Shown: piece after piece, positions 27,338-40,262 of the stretch
How positions within the stretch are numbered: position 1 is the first letter of the stretch
Layout: the number at the start of each line of letters is the position of its first letter
Assembly: GCF_006345805.1 (NCBI RefSeq)
Contig: NC_043003.1
Location: forward strand, 48,980,001-49,044,000
Length of the DNA: 64,000 nt
Source: Octopus sinensis
Taxonomy: Eukaryota
Direction: 5' to 3'
The notes under the pieces: generated by a model
Told to the model about the DNA's origin: nothing
Database searches by the model: none
The model's input: only the letters and a program-made list of their open reading frames with translations
Program-made: the position numbers and the translations under genes

Positions 27338-27380
27338 CATATTAGCGCTTTCAACTACTCCTGTAGTTTCATCAGAAATG
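27338..27380 (-). ncRNA. Minimal type I hammerhead ribozyme motif
   Basis: Minus strand CATTT-CTGATGA-AACTAC(AGGA)GTAGTT-GAAA-GCGC-TA-ATATG: intact core, perfect 6-bp stem II, 1-bp helix III with a palindromic GCGC loop. Confidence 0.75.
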
Positions 27381-27725
27381 TCAGTTTAAAAATTCTTGCC
27401 TGTATTTATATTATTGGTAAATGAAGTGGGGAGAGAGAGAGAGTGTGTGTGTGTGTGTATGTATATAATGGAGAATAGAGGGAGGGAGAAGGTGAAAGAG
27501 AGAGAGAGAGGGGGTGATAGGGAGATAGGGAGAAGGTAAAAGAGAGAGAATATGGGTGTGCGTGTTTTAAAACTGTGTATTTTTCTCTTTTTTCTTTTTT
27601 TGGGTCTTTTGTATTTTTTGGATGACCCTTGTAAGAAATGGAAAGATATATATACATATATATATTTATACATATACATATATATACATATATACATATG
27701 TACATATATATACATATACATACAT

Positions 27726-27760
<35 letters not shown>

Positions 27761-27798
27761 TTATTATTTATATATATATATATATATATATACATACA

Positions 27799-27850
<52 letters not shown>

Positions 27851-27866
27851 ACATATATATACATAC

Positions 27867-27964
<98 letters not shown>

Positions 27965-28044
27965 CAGAATCGTTTGCACGCTGGGCGAAATGCTTACCAG
28001 TATTTCGTCTGCTGCTACATTCTGAGTTCAAATTTTTTTACTGC

Positions 28045-29600
28045 ATTGTAGTGGATATTTGTATTACTTTTATATTACTCCTTATATTTGCAGTCCTATA
28101 ACAGATATTTTAGAAGTTCCCTGTTTCACAAAAATCCTGTATACTTATTGCCGCGGTAAATATAGATTTTTCAACGTCAGAATTTCGGTGGCGTATTCTC
28201 GTATTCTAAATGTAGTCATTATTCTTTCTTTCTTTCTAATCTTGCTAATTCCCTTAGCATTCCGTTGAGAGTATCACAACTATATTTTATTCCTAGAATA
28301 GTTTGAGCATTGATACACAACTATATTATTTTTGTCATTTTGTTCTGGTTTAACTATCACTCAAATGCGTCTATAATATTCCTTTCTAAACTGTTCTTTC
28401 ATTCCTGTGTTCTTCACACCGTCTACTACATTAATTTCCAGGTATTTCTAAGACTGTTTGGTCTAATTCTCTTATCTTTACTTTCTTCAATTTGTTTTTT
28501 TATCCTACGTTGTTCTATTCTTCTTTATTTTTATTAATTTTTCTCTTTTCCAAGATTGCTTTTGAGCATTTTTCTAAACCGAATTTCATGTCAATTCCTC
28601 AGCCGAATCCGAATAAATTCTGTAACAATGTTTCCAGTTGTTTATCATCCACAGGATACAACTTAATATTGTTCATTTACAAAAGATTGTATATTGTCCT
28701 CCTATAACATTTGTATATCCGAGTCCAGTCTAATTTAACTTGTTAAATATATTAGCACCAAGCAGGGAAATAATGGAGAGAGGGAATTCACTTGAAACAT
28801 TCCTTTTCTAATACAGGTGAGATTTGTTTTGATAGTTCTTTCTTTTATACGAATCTTCAGAACTGTTTGCTATTTATTTATGGCACGTTTAATGCAGTTG
28901 TTTGTTTCTGGTGTTACCTTACTCATGGCTAATGTTTCCAAAACCTACGTGTGGGAACACTGTCAAAATATTTCTTGTAATCAATTTACGTCATTCTTAC
29001 GTACTTTACTCCCTTTATATGAACGCCTTTCATGGCTTTATTGATTGGCAATCGATCTTTACGTCCATGCAACACTACTTTAGTTATTTCGAAAGTTGTT
29101 TTGCTTTTGTTTCTGTTTGTGTTTCTATATAATCATTTACCCGTCCCACCCCACGCTATTATTACAGTTCAAGCTTTGTAAGCTGTAAGCAGGCGGACTA
29201 GAGACTTGTGAGCAGAGAGTTGATCGAAAATAGTTAATCGAAACACATTTCGAAAACTGTAAACCTTAAAAACAACTGATCAAAATAACAGCCGCTAGAA
29301 TCAATGATTATGAATCTGTAGTTCTTAGGGTTTGCTGTTTTGTTAGTCTTAATGACTAAACTGTTTTTTTCCTTTAGTGAACCAATCAGGTGTTGCTCCT
29401 AATTCTGTCATTATTTTGTTAAACATCTCTCATAGCACATTATACATCTGGCCCTGTTTAATACTCAAACCATAAGTTTGGTATCTTATTATGTCCTGTT
29501 TCTTTCCAGTTGTTCGTCTTTTGAAGCGTTTGAGATGCTTCTTGTGTTGAAAATAGTCCCTCACAATTGTTCAGTTGCTGTGTTCTTTATTTTGAACAAC
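28045..29600 (-). mobile_element. Degenerate R4/Dong-clade LINE reverse transcriptase
   Basis: Minus-strand pieces NPKNYR, INKA, IDYKKYFDSVP, KGMFQVNSLSPL, MNNIKLY..DDKQLETLL and MKFGLEKCSKA match the R4-clade RT order (IDYKKAFDSVPH, GIFQGDSLSP, YMDDLKLY, MKFGLEKCA). Confidence 0.8.
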
Positions 29601-29619
29601 CTCGCCGATGCTTTTTCTT

Positions 29620-30028
29620 TAGCTGACCTGGTAGAATCGTTAGCGTGTTGGACAAATGCTTAGTGACACTTATTCCGGTTCTTTACGCCCCACCAAAGTT
29701 AACACTGCCTTTCATCCTTTCCGAGTCGACAAAATAGAGTACCAGTGAAGTACTGGGGTCAATGTAATCATGTTACTCTCTCTCCCCGAAACTGCAGGCT
29801 TTATACCAAAATTTGAAAAAGGAAGACGAGTTACCAGAAGCTTCAGCGTGTCAGATAAAATGCTTAGCGGCGTTTCCCTCAACTTTTTACGTTCCACACT
29901 GAGGGTAACTTTGCTTTTCATTCTTTCGGGGTTGATAAAATAAAGTGATATCAGTCGATGTAAATGACATGTCCCTCCCTTCGATGTTCCTAGGCTTGTG
30001 TCAAAATTTGATGCCATCATCACAATCG

Positions 30029-30030
<2 letters not shown>
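29620..30030 (+). mobile_element. Two degenerate family-A-related SINEs in tandem
   Basis: GCCTTTCATCCTTTCCGAGTCGAC and CTTTTCATTCTTTCGGGGTTGAT blocks. Confidence 0.65.
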
Positions 30031-30078
<48 letters not shown>

Positions 30079-30328
30079 GAGTGAGAGAGCAGTGCATGCC
30101 ATCAAAGTGACACTGGGGAAAAATATACGAAGCCCAGTATACCCATCATGACTACCCGTCTGATAAGGGTACACCAGGCATATGCATCACAAACATTTGT
30201 GCGCGATATGGTGATCTCATATGAAGATAAACAGCACATGACCTTGCAGGTGGGGCCCAATTAGAATTTTCTTCTGGTCGAGTAACCCATCCCACTCAAA
30301 AGGTCCTTGAATAAGGGTTATTTAAGGA

Positions 30329-30329
<1 letters not shown>
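30079..30329 (-). mobile_element. Repeat family E, 5'-truncated, in (TTA)n
   Basis: Intact 3' end with (TTA)n on both sides. Confidence 0.88.
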
Positions 30330-30359
<30 letters not shown>

Positions 30360-30427
30360 TATTAATATTATTATTTTCTTATTCTTATTCTTCTTCTTCT
30401 TCTTATTATTATTTATTAATATTATTA

Positions 30428-30465
<38 letters not shown>

Positions 30466-30516
30466 TATTATTATTATATATTATATTATTATTATTATTA
30501 TTATATATTATTATTA

Positions 30517-30563
<47 letters not shown>

Positions 30564-30565
<2 letters not shown>

Positions 30566-31240
30566 TCTCTTTATCACAGGTTTTGTTGGAGCTCCTGGAG
30601 TCTGACAAGCGTAGCGGGCTTGCTACCTGCAGTCTACGGTACCGTGCTTTCCATTCTTTTCAGTTATCTAATACCTGATTATTCTGGTCGTGCCAAGGAG
30701 GCAAAACTTTTGTAACAGTTCTACTGGGCATTCTATTCCAATTTCCTTTACATTCTCTTTGATGCCTTCTGATACTGTTCTGAAAGACCCAACGATAATT
30801 GCTACTATCTTCACCTTCATTTTCCATAGCTGGGCTATTTCATACTTAATAAGAGTTGTATTTATCTATCTTTTCTCCTTCCTTCTTGACTATTCGTGGG
30901 TCAAATAGGCACGCAACATCAACAATATAGCATATGTGGTGCATCTTGTCCTAATCCTCCATCCCCACCACCACCACCACCACCACCACCACCACTAGAT
31001 CTAGTCTGTTATGCTCCAGCCACCTGATCTGTTTGGATTGGGAAGTCCCAGAGGATTTTGCTAGTCTCCGACTGCGCCACTATCTGCTGTTTGTGCTCAT
31101 ACTACGTCTTGCCTCTCTCTAGTCTCCACTTTTCGCACAGTTTCCAATGTAGTACTTTCGCTACCTTTTCGTGTCGCGAAAACTTGTAATGGTTTTGGGC
31201 AAGTCTAGGGCATTCGTTCGTGATATGGGCAATGGTTTTA
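30564..31240 (-). mobile_element. R4/Dong-clade LINE 3' fragment (CCHC, restriction-like endonuclease, 3' UTR, (TAA)n tail)
   Basis: TIAHITNECPRLAQNHYKFSRHEKVAKVLHWKLCEK..KILWDFPIQTD..CYIVDVACLFDPRIVKKEGEKIDKY..ELLQKFCLLGTTRII. Confidence 0.9.
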
Positions 31241-31260
31241 TAATAATAATAATAATAATA

Positions 31261-31328
<68 letters not shown>

Positions 31329-31344
31329 TGTTATTATTATTATT

Positions 31345-31873
31345 GAGTGAGAGAGCCGTGCATGCCATCAAAGTGACACTGGGGTAAAATATACGAAGCC
31401 CAGTATATCCATCATGACTACCCGTCTGATAAGGGTACACTAGGCACATGCATCACAACCATATGTGCGTGACATGGTGATCTCATATCAAGATAAACAG
31501 CGCATAACCACGCAGGTGGGGGGGCCCAGTTAGAATTTTCTTCAAGTCGAATAGCCCATCCCGCTCAAAAGGTCTCCGGATAAGGATTGTTTGAGGATGT
31601 TGAACAAAATACCCATGTTTCCAGAAGTGAATTATTCAAATCCGAAAGAATTCTTCTCAATACATGGGTATGATGCTCCCCGACTACTTCTGCTCGTGAT
31701 CAAAGATGCACATATCGTCTGTCACATAAAGGACAAACAAATGTGTGGTGTTGAGTAGAATATTTGCTGTAGCCCATCTTTTATACCAAAACAAAACAAT
31801 GTACATGATAACACTTCAAATCAGTTAAGATCAAAAGCCATGAGAGCCACTGCCCGGTACTGCTTGAGGGCAT
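31345..31873 (-). mobile_element. Repeat family E, full length, in (TTA)n
   Basis: End-to-end homology to 18462-18979; (TTA)n on both sides. Confidence 0.9.
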
Positions 31874-31896
31874 TTTATTATTATTATTATTTATTA

Positions 31897-31936
<40 letters not shown>

Positions 31937-32129
31937 GTTATTGATATTATTATTATTATTATTATATTTTTTTTTCTTTCAAATTTGCTTCCATTTCTTG
32001 CCGAGTGTCTTCCCGACTCCTAGGGCAAAGAAACTCATAGTATACACTGGTAGGCCATTAAACTAAACTCAATAGTTCGTTCATTTAAAACATTTTTTTT
32101 TGAAGTTAAATTAAAATACATGGGTAGTA

Positions 32130-32196
32130 ATAGTTCTCACATCGACAATGCTCATAGTTCTCACATCGACAATGTAATAGTTCTCACATCGACAAT
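32130..32196. repeat. Three copies of ATAGTTCTCACATCGACAAT (23-24 bp period)
   Basis: Exact 20-mers at 32130, 32154 and 32177. Confidence 0.9.
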
Positions 32197-32213
32197 TTAT
32201 TATTATTATATTA

Positions 32214-32280
<67 letters not shown>

Positions 32281-32281
32281 T

Positions 32282-32665
32282 TTATCATTTGATAGTTTCA
32301 GGCAAATTTCAACAACATTACCGTGTTACTGCGGTGTGTGCAACTTTGTGTGTTCCTTTTTGTCGTTAGGGGAGTGCAAACTCTTCCCGATGGGGTTTAG
32401 TTAGAGTCTTTTGTTGTATTAATGTTTCGTATTGTGTGTCATGTGTCTAAGGCGAGCTGTGTTCTTGTGTAGGGTATCCGACCTGTGGAGTACTTGTTGT
32501 GAGGGTTGTTTATTTTATTGGATATTTCTTGTATATAGTGTGTCTTGTATGTTGCGGATCGTTTTGTTTGAGTTGTACTATTGAATCGACAGTGTCTTGC
32601 GTAGGATGTGGACTGTTCCTAGCACGGCTATTTTTTTTGGATAGTGTGTAGTGCTGAGGGTTCAC
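32282..32665 (-). mobile_element. R4/Dong-clade LINE extreme 3' end with (TAA)n tail
   Basis: Minus strand LHTIQK(fs)IAVLGTVHILRKTLSIQ*, then a ~300-bp UTR and (TAA)n. Confidence 0.75.
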
Positions 32666-33228
32666 ATCATCATCATCATCATCACCATTATCATCGCCGG
32701 CATCATCGTCATCGTCATCGTCATCGTCATCATTATCGTCATTATCATCGTCATCATCATCATCATCATCATCATCAACATCATCATCATCATCATCATC
32801 ATCATCACCATCATCACTGTAGTCGTCGTCGCCTTCAACGTTATCATCATCACTATCGTAATCGTCATCACCGTCAGCGTCATCATCATCATCGTCGTCG
32901 TTGTCATCGTCATTGTTGTCGTTGTCGTCGTCGTTATCATGATCATCATTATCGTCATCGTCATCATCATCATTATCATCATCATCATCATCATCATCAT
33001 CCTCATGATCGTCATCGTTGTCGTCGTCGTCATCACTGCCGTCGTCGTCTTCACTGTCGTCGTCGTAGTCATCATTATCATCATCGTCATCATTGTCATC
33101 ATCGTTATCATCATCATCGTCATCGTCATCACCATCGTCATCATCATCGTCATCATCCTCGTCGTCGTCATCATCATCATCGTCGTCGTCGTTATCATCG
33201 TCGTCGTCGTCATCATCATCATCATCAT
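32666..33228. repeat. (CAT)n/(CGT)n trinucleotide tract
   Basis: Direct inspection; all frames give homopolymeric peptides. Confidence 0.95.
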
Positions 33229-33571
33229 TTCAGTAATTTTTGTTGCCATAACTTATTTCCACTCTACACAATAGCAACAGCTCTGCCTCTGCACCTTTTA
33301 GTACATGCAGTATTTTCCCTTCATTGCTTTGTAATTTTCTGTCCTAATCAAGTTACTTCGCCTATTGTTTACACAAATGCCCAGACTGCTGTTTCTATTA
33401 CTCTCCTTTTATTACCGTCGTCCATGTTGTGTTATAATTCTTATTGTTGTTCCTGTTATTGTTACCACTGTCCTTATTGTTATTATTGTGTTTTTTTTTA
33501 GTTATTGTTATTTTTGTTATTAACGTCATTATTGTTTACTCTTCTCCTTATTATTATCATTATCATTATTG

Positions 33572-33625
<54 letters not shown>

Positions 33626-33632
33626 TTATTAA

Positions 33633-33693
<61 letters not shown>

Positions 33694-34059
33694 GTTGTTG
33701 TTGTTGTTTTGATTCTTGTTCTTCCGATTCTTATTGTTGTCGTTGTTGGCATGTTGTTCTCATTTTTTCTTTTATTGATGTGATTAACATTGTTATTGTG
33801 GTCGTCATCGTCATCGTCGTCGTCGTTGTTGTGTTAATTAATTTATTTATTTTACATCCACAGAATATAAAATAAGCCAGCACGGAAATAAAATGATAGA
33901 AAGATTTTAGTTTCTTGATTCAACACCCGCCTCCAGACTTAACAAATCAATTAAACGGGATTTCTTAGGCGTGATGATAGCAGCATGATGAAGGTGGCGT
34001 CGATGGTGGGTGACCCTGCTTTAGTTTTCTTAAAAGTCATGATAGCATTGGCAGATTCT

Positions 34060-34307
34060 TGTATTCTTTTCTTTTCTCTTTTATTTGTTTCAGTCATTTG
34101 ACTGCGGCCATGCTGGAGCACCGCCTTTTGTCGAGCAAATCGACCCCAGGACTTATTCTTTGTAAGCCTAGTACTTATTCTATCGGTCTCTTTTGCCGAA
34201 CCGCCAAGTTACTGGGACGTAAACACAGAAGCATCGGTTGTCAAGCGATGTTGAGGGGACAAACACAGACACACAAGCATATGCATATACATACATACAT
34301 ACATACA

Positions 34308-34341
<34 letters not shown>

Positions 34342-34353
34342 CATATATACATG

Positions 34354-34418
<65 letters not shown>

Positions 34419-34594
34419 GTGTATATATATATATATACGACGGGCTTCTTTCAGTTTACGTCTACCAAATCCATTCACAAGGCTTAGGTCGGGCCGAGGC
34501 TATAGTTGAAGACACTTGCCCAAGGTGCCAAGCAGTGGACCGAACCCAGAACCATGTGGTTGGTAAACAAGCTACTTACCACATACCCACTCCT
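34060..34594 (-). mobile_element. SINE family B, full length
   Basis: Head, CORE-like segment, (TACA)n/(CA)n tract and tail all present. Confidence 0.92.
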
Positions 34595-35740
34595 GATAAT
34601 TATAATGATGGTGTCGGTGTTGGCGGTGGTAGTAGTGATGGTAATGGTGATGGAGGTGTTGGTGGTAGTGGGTTTTTACCGATAGGCGTTGCGGTTCTGG
34701 TATGCTGGTCAATAATGTAATCATATCACGACGATAACGGTGATTATGGTGGTGATGATGATGATGATAGTGACAGTGGTGGTGATGGTGATGGTGCTGT
34801 TGTTGTTGGTGGTGTTGGTGATTACATCAGCAATATAATCCTCCTCCTCTTTTTCCTTCTCCTCTTCCTCCTCCTCGTCTTCCTCCTCTTCACCATGATG
34901 ATGATGATGATGATCGTCATCATCATCATCACTGCCGCTGCCGCCACTACCGCCGCCGCCGTCACCGCCACCACCGCCGCCGCCGCCACTATTGAGATTG
35001 TAGTGATTCTCTTTATGTCGATAACAGCCTAATAACAGCCTATCAATATTGATGATGATGACAAAAATGACGAAGACCACTACAGCTACGACGACGATGA
35101 CGGTGACGATAAGGATGTTGACGATGATGACGACAACTGCTACGATATTTGCAACTGTTTCGACGATGGTAACCATTACAGTCGTGATGATGGTGATGTG
35201 ATCTCAAAGATGACAGCGACAACGAAGCAGTTGATGAAGACACCGACGGCTTTGACGACTTTGATGACTTTGACGTTGACGACTTTGACGTCGACAACTT
35301 TGACGACGACGACTTTAATGACAGCTAAATAAAGAAATTGACTTTAATGACGGTGGCGACGACGACGACGATGATAATAACGATGAAAACGACGTTGATG
35401 TTTTGGATATTGATTCTGATCACTATGACATCAGAGATTACGATGACGATAACGAAAATGATACAGATATAGTATAGTATGAGATAGGAGATACTGAAAG
35501 AAAAAGAGATAAAGAAAGAATGAATAAATGAAAGGAAGGAAAGAATTGTGAAGAATAAATAAACAGAACTCAGCAAATCAACAAGTGGAAGAAAGCGATC
35601 ATGACGAAATGATTTACAGAGAGAAAGAATAAGAGAAAGATAAAAGAAAGAAGGATGCTGTGAAAGACCGAAATAAGAGAACAGCGAGGAGGAAAGAGAC
35701 AGGAAGAAGGAAAGATAAAAAGATAGGAAGAAAGAAAGAG

Positions 35741-35804
<64 letters not shown>

Positions 35805-36689
35805 TAGAATGACAGTAAATACGTATATTGTAAAGAGAGCATCAGATGAAGGTACGAAAGTGGATAGGTATAAAAGCAAGAAGGGGGCTTTCAAAAAGTT
35901 GTTAAATAACTAAATGAAAATGGGAAGAATAAGAAAATGAAATGAAATGAAATAAAGGTATAACATAAAATATAATAATATGTTGAAATAAAATTTGAAA
36001 TAAAAGTAGTAAATGAATAAATCTACCAGAAACCAGCAGAATTAGCGGAGTGCAACGTAGCGAAATGAAGGCGGACGCTTTGTTGGAAGAAGAGAAGAGG
36101 AGAATGTTTGAGTGGAGTTTTTAACTGAAGGCACATAGAAGGAAAAAACAAAAACAAAAACAAAACAAAACGAAATAAAATTAAGAGAAAACAAGACAAA
36201 AGAAGACGAAATAAAACATTCTTGTGTTTAGAGTGTGATTCGCAGAAATTCAATAATAGCAAACAAAATCTTGTCACGAAAAGAGAATCGGATTTAGAGT
36301 GAATAAATGCGCGCGCGTGTGTGTGTGTGCGTGTGTGTGAGAGAGAAAGAGAGAGAGAGAGAGAGTGAAGGAACGAAGATAGAATCGTAACTTCAAGTAT
36401 AGTTTTGAATAATTGGGGCGGTTTTTGTTGCTTTGTTGTCATCATCATAACGAATCGGAGCATACCAGAATAAAAATCAACAACAACAATAATAATAATA
36501 TTAGTAAAATAAAATATAAAGTTTTTAAATATTTAATATTTTCGTTTTCATTTTTCAGTATTTTTTTTTGTCTTTTTCTGACCAGATTAAACCGAATTAA
36601 AACTAGATTAGACCAAACAAGATCAGAGCAGACCGGACTGTCAAAACTAACAGAAATGTTGTTCATACCTCAGAAATTTTAGATCAGAT

Positions 36690-37085
36690 TATAGCAGATC
36701 AAATCAGATAAAACCGAAAAACAAATTAGACTATATTAGATTAAACCAGCGCTGGCCACCGTAGATCAAATCAGATAAAACAAAAAATAGTCTAGATTAG
36801 ATTAAAACAGCTTTGACCACCGCAGATCAAATCAGAGAAGACCAAAAACAATTTAGACGAGATTAGATTAAGCCAGTTGTGATTGTCTAGATTAGATTAA
36901 ACCAGCTGTAACTGGTATCAAATCAGATACGAACAAAAAAAATCAGGACTAGATTAGATTAAATCAGTTTTGACCACCACAGATAAAATCAGAGAAGGCC
37001 AAAAGCAATTTAGACTAGATTAGGTTAAGCCAGCTGTGACCACTGCAAATGAAATCATCTAAGACCAGAAAGAAAATTAGATTCT
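36690..37085. repeat. ~60-68-bp minisatellite (about 6 copies) inside a degenerate pentamer (AGATT/AGATC/AAACC) region, about 36580-38430
   Basis: Recurring CAGATCAAATCAGA..AA.CAAAAA..TTAGACTAGATTAGATTAAACCAGCT.TGACCACC. Confidence 0.8.
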
Positions 37086-38469
37086 CTTATCAACCCTGAC
37101 CACCAATATTTCAAGACAAAATTACAACTGACTTAAACCAAGCTAAACTAGATCGGTTCACACTAAATCTATCGAGACAAAGAAATGAATGAAAAAAACA
37201 GTAAATAGAAGCTGAAGCTGAGACTGGATCACATCAATTCAGACTAAAACATATTAAATCCGACATAATCAACCCAAACTAGAACTAGACTAGTCTAAAT
37301 TAGATACAACTATACCAGGTCAGGCTAAATTAGAACTGGTTATTATTAGACTCAAAATCCAAGTAAAATGAATTTGTTCTTTATGCATTTCAGTCGCTAG
37401 GACACATTACAAAATCGATCTTTTATACCATTTTTCAGTTTTGGGGTCTCGACCAGTCCAGTATGGAGTTAAATATTGTTGTACTTTCCATTCAAGTGTT
37501 TCATTAAGCTTAGAAATCTAGGGGTGCCCACCTCCTCTGCAGGATATGAGTTTCGTTGGCTCTCAAAGACTCATCCACCTTTGAAGGTTTTGCTTTTTAA
37601 TCTTGTTGGCTGCTCACACGCACTCTTTCCTGGACAAGCTCAGTAAATGGGTCTGTTTAGTCCCCAATTTCTCGAACATGAACGCATGCCACTGAATTAT
37701 ATGATTATTAGTAGTAAGCTTTCAACTGTTTGCGTTGGAATTGGTGTTGAACAAGCCAAATCAGACTGCCAGATTAGAATCATATAAGACTGCACATGAA
37801 AACTAGACTAGAATGTAGGATAGAGGAATAGAGTAGTGAAGATCATTGAAAATAAGAGGTAAGATGATAATATCAGTCATAAACCGATACAAATAAGGCT
37901 AGATTAATAATGCTTTTTTTTTTCCCGAACGGTGTATCCTGAAGCAGCTAAAGTTATAAATAATAGCATGCAAATATTGGTTTAAAAATCCCTTTGAACA
38001 GAAAAAGACGAAGGATGCCCAATAAACCAAAATTTACTTCACTCAAACAGAACTAAATTAAACTTGACTGTCCAAAATCAAACAAGACAAGCACAGACAA
38101 AGGTAGGATTGGAACAAACAAAACAAGACCAGCGAAAGCAAGAGAAAATTGGATAAGGTCAGTGCAATCTTAAAAGACAGTCTAAACCAGACAAAATCAA
38201 CTTAAGCAAGTTTAGATAAGATAGTACATAACTTGAGCAAACTAGAAGAAACCAGATTAGTTCAGATGCAACATAGAAGAGAACACGAGTATCTGAGAAG
38301 ATCAATCAACATATAAACTTATTAAAGACCAGGCTATATCAGAGAAGGTCAACTTAAATCAAACCAATAGAATATATGGGACATCTAGGTGAACTGATCC
38401 TTATGGAATTAAATGTCTTTCATTGACTTGTATATATGAAGAGAAAACCTATCAGAAATGGACTGAACG

Positions 38470-38700
38470 AGCGGCGAGCTGGCAGAAACGTTAGCACGCC
38501 GGACGAAATGCTTAGCGGTATTTCGTCTGCCACTACGTTCTGAGTTCAAATTCCGCCGAGGTCTACTTTGCCTTTCATCCTTTCGGGGTCGATTAAATAA
38601 GTACCAGTTACGCACTGGGGTCAATATAATTGACTTAATCCGTTTGTCTGTCCTTGTTTGTCCTTTCTGTGTTTAGCCCCTTGTGGGTAGTAAAGAAATA
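38470..38700 (+). mobile_element. SINE family A, full length
   Basis: 15-bp TSD AGAAATGGACTGAAC at 38454-38468 and 38700-38714. Confidence 0.93.
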
Positions 38701-38804
38701 GAAATGGACTGAACCAAGATTTGTGAGCATATAGTCAAATACTTATCCGTTGGTTATTCATTCCTGCAAACTTTATCATTACTAAAGACCGTATAATTTT
38801 ATAT

Positions 38805-39123
38805 AGACGCATGCCTGGCTTTGTGGTTAAGAAGCTCGCTTTGCAACCATGTCTTCCATTATAGTTCCGAGTTGACCAATTCTTTCTGAAGGAATCGGGA
38901 CGATGGAAACTGCGTGGCAGCCCGTCACATATATAAGAACGTGTGCGTCTTTGTGTTTGTCCACCACTATCACCACTTGACAACGAGTGCTGGTTGTTTA
39001 CGTTCCTGTAACATGGTGGTTCGGTAAAAGGAGACCGATAGAATAATTACCAAACTTAAATATAAACCCTACAAAGTAGTGCCCCAGCATGGCCGCAGTC
39101 CAATGACTGAAACAAGTAAAAGA
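38805..39123 (+). mobile_element. SINE family B, degenerate
   Basis: Head and tail align with the other B copies. Confidence 0.75.
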
Positions 39124-39464
39124 CATACTTTATGCCTTTTTAATGATTAGATCAAGCTATACATGAATATAACAGTGAGATTCCAACACGATTAAACAGG
39201 GGATAAAAACCAAAAAAAAGAAAAAAAGAAAAAAAAAGAAATTCAGATAGATCAATTAAGATCAGATCAGTCTCAACCAGTCGTGACTAGAATAGATCGG
39301 ATTTAATTTTCATCAATAGAAATTACAGTAGAACGAGATACGCCTAACAATTTTGTTTTATAATAGACTAAGTTACGTGGTAGAGTTAAACTGAAGCCCT
39401 GGTTAATCTGACCAATATACGTGCGAAGTTTCTGGTCAGGAGATAATTTCCTCCCACACGTTTC

Positions 39465-39972
39465 AGGCGCAAGCATGGCTGATGTGGTTAAGAAAGTCGC
39501 CTTGCAAATAAGTGATTTCGGCTTCAGTCCCACTGCACGACACTTTGTGCAAGTGTTTTTCACTATATCTACTATATAGTAGAAAACACTATATTCCCGG
39601 GCTGATCAATAGCTCGTGAAGGAATTTAATGGCGGAAACTGTGTGGAAGCCTCTCATGTATATATGTATATATGTATGCGAGAGTGTGTGTGTGTACGTG
39701 TGTGTGTGTACATGTGTGTGTGTTTGCTTGTGTGTATGTGTATGCATCTTTGTAATAGTGTTTGTCCATCACTACCGCTTGACAACCGATGTTGTTTCGT
39801 TTACGTATCTGTAATCATGCGGTTCGACAAAAGAGGCCGATAGAATAAGTACTAAACTTAAAAAAAGAAAAATATACATATGGCGTCAATTTGTTCGACT
39901 AAAACTCTTCAGGGCGGTACCCCAGCGTGGCCACAGTCCAATGACTGAAGCAAGTAAAAGGTGAAAGGTAAA
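39465..39972 (+). mobile_element. SINE family B
   Basis: Head, internal (TG)n tract and tail align. Confidence 0.8.
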
Positions 39973-40199
39973 AATCCCTTAAAAGGATTATGGGCGTTGG
40001 CTTTCTTCCGTTAAGTCATTAAAAAAATACAAGCCTATGGTTCACTATTTGGATTTTATGTTATAAATTAAAATGCCACAGAGAGGTGGGTTCAAAGTTG
40101 TCTTTCATCCATCCGAGAACGATATAACAAGTAGCAACATTATACAAAAGACAGCTCATCAAAAGTAATAATAATAATGATGATAATAATAATAATAAC

Positions 40200-40262
<63 letters not shown>

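Noticed and set aside
32130-32196. Three identical 20-mers with short spacers (CRISPR-like)
   Set aside because: Spacers are only 3-4 nt, the context is eukaryotic and there are no cas genes; a simple tandem duplication.
32644-33501. 285-aa His/Arg-rich ORF
   Set aside because: It is a (CAT)n/(CGT)n tract open in several frames on both strands, starting inside a Dong fragment; no sign of coding constraint.
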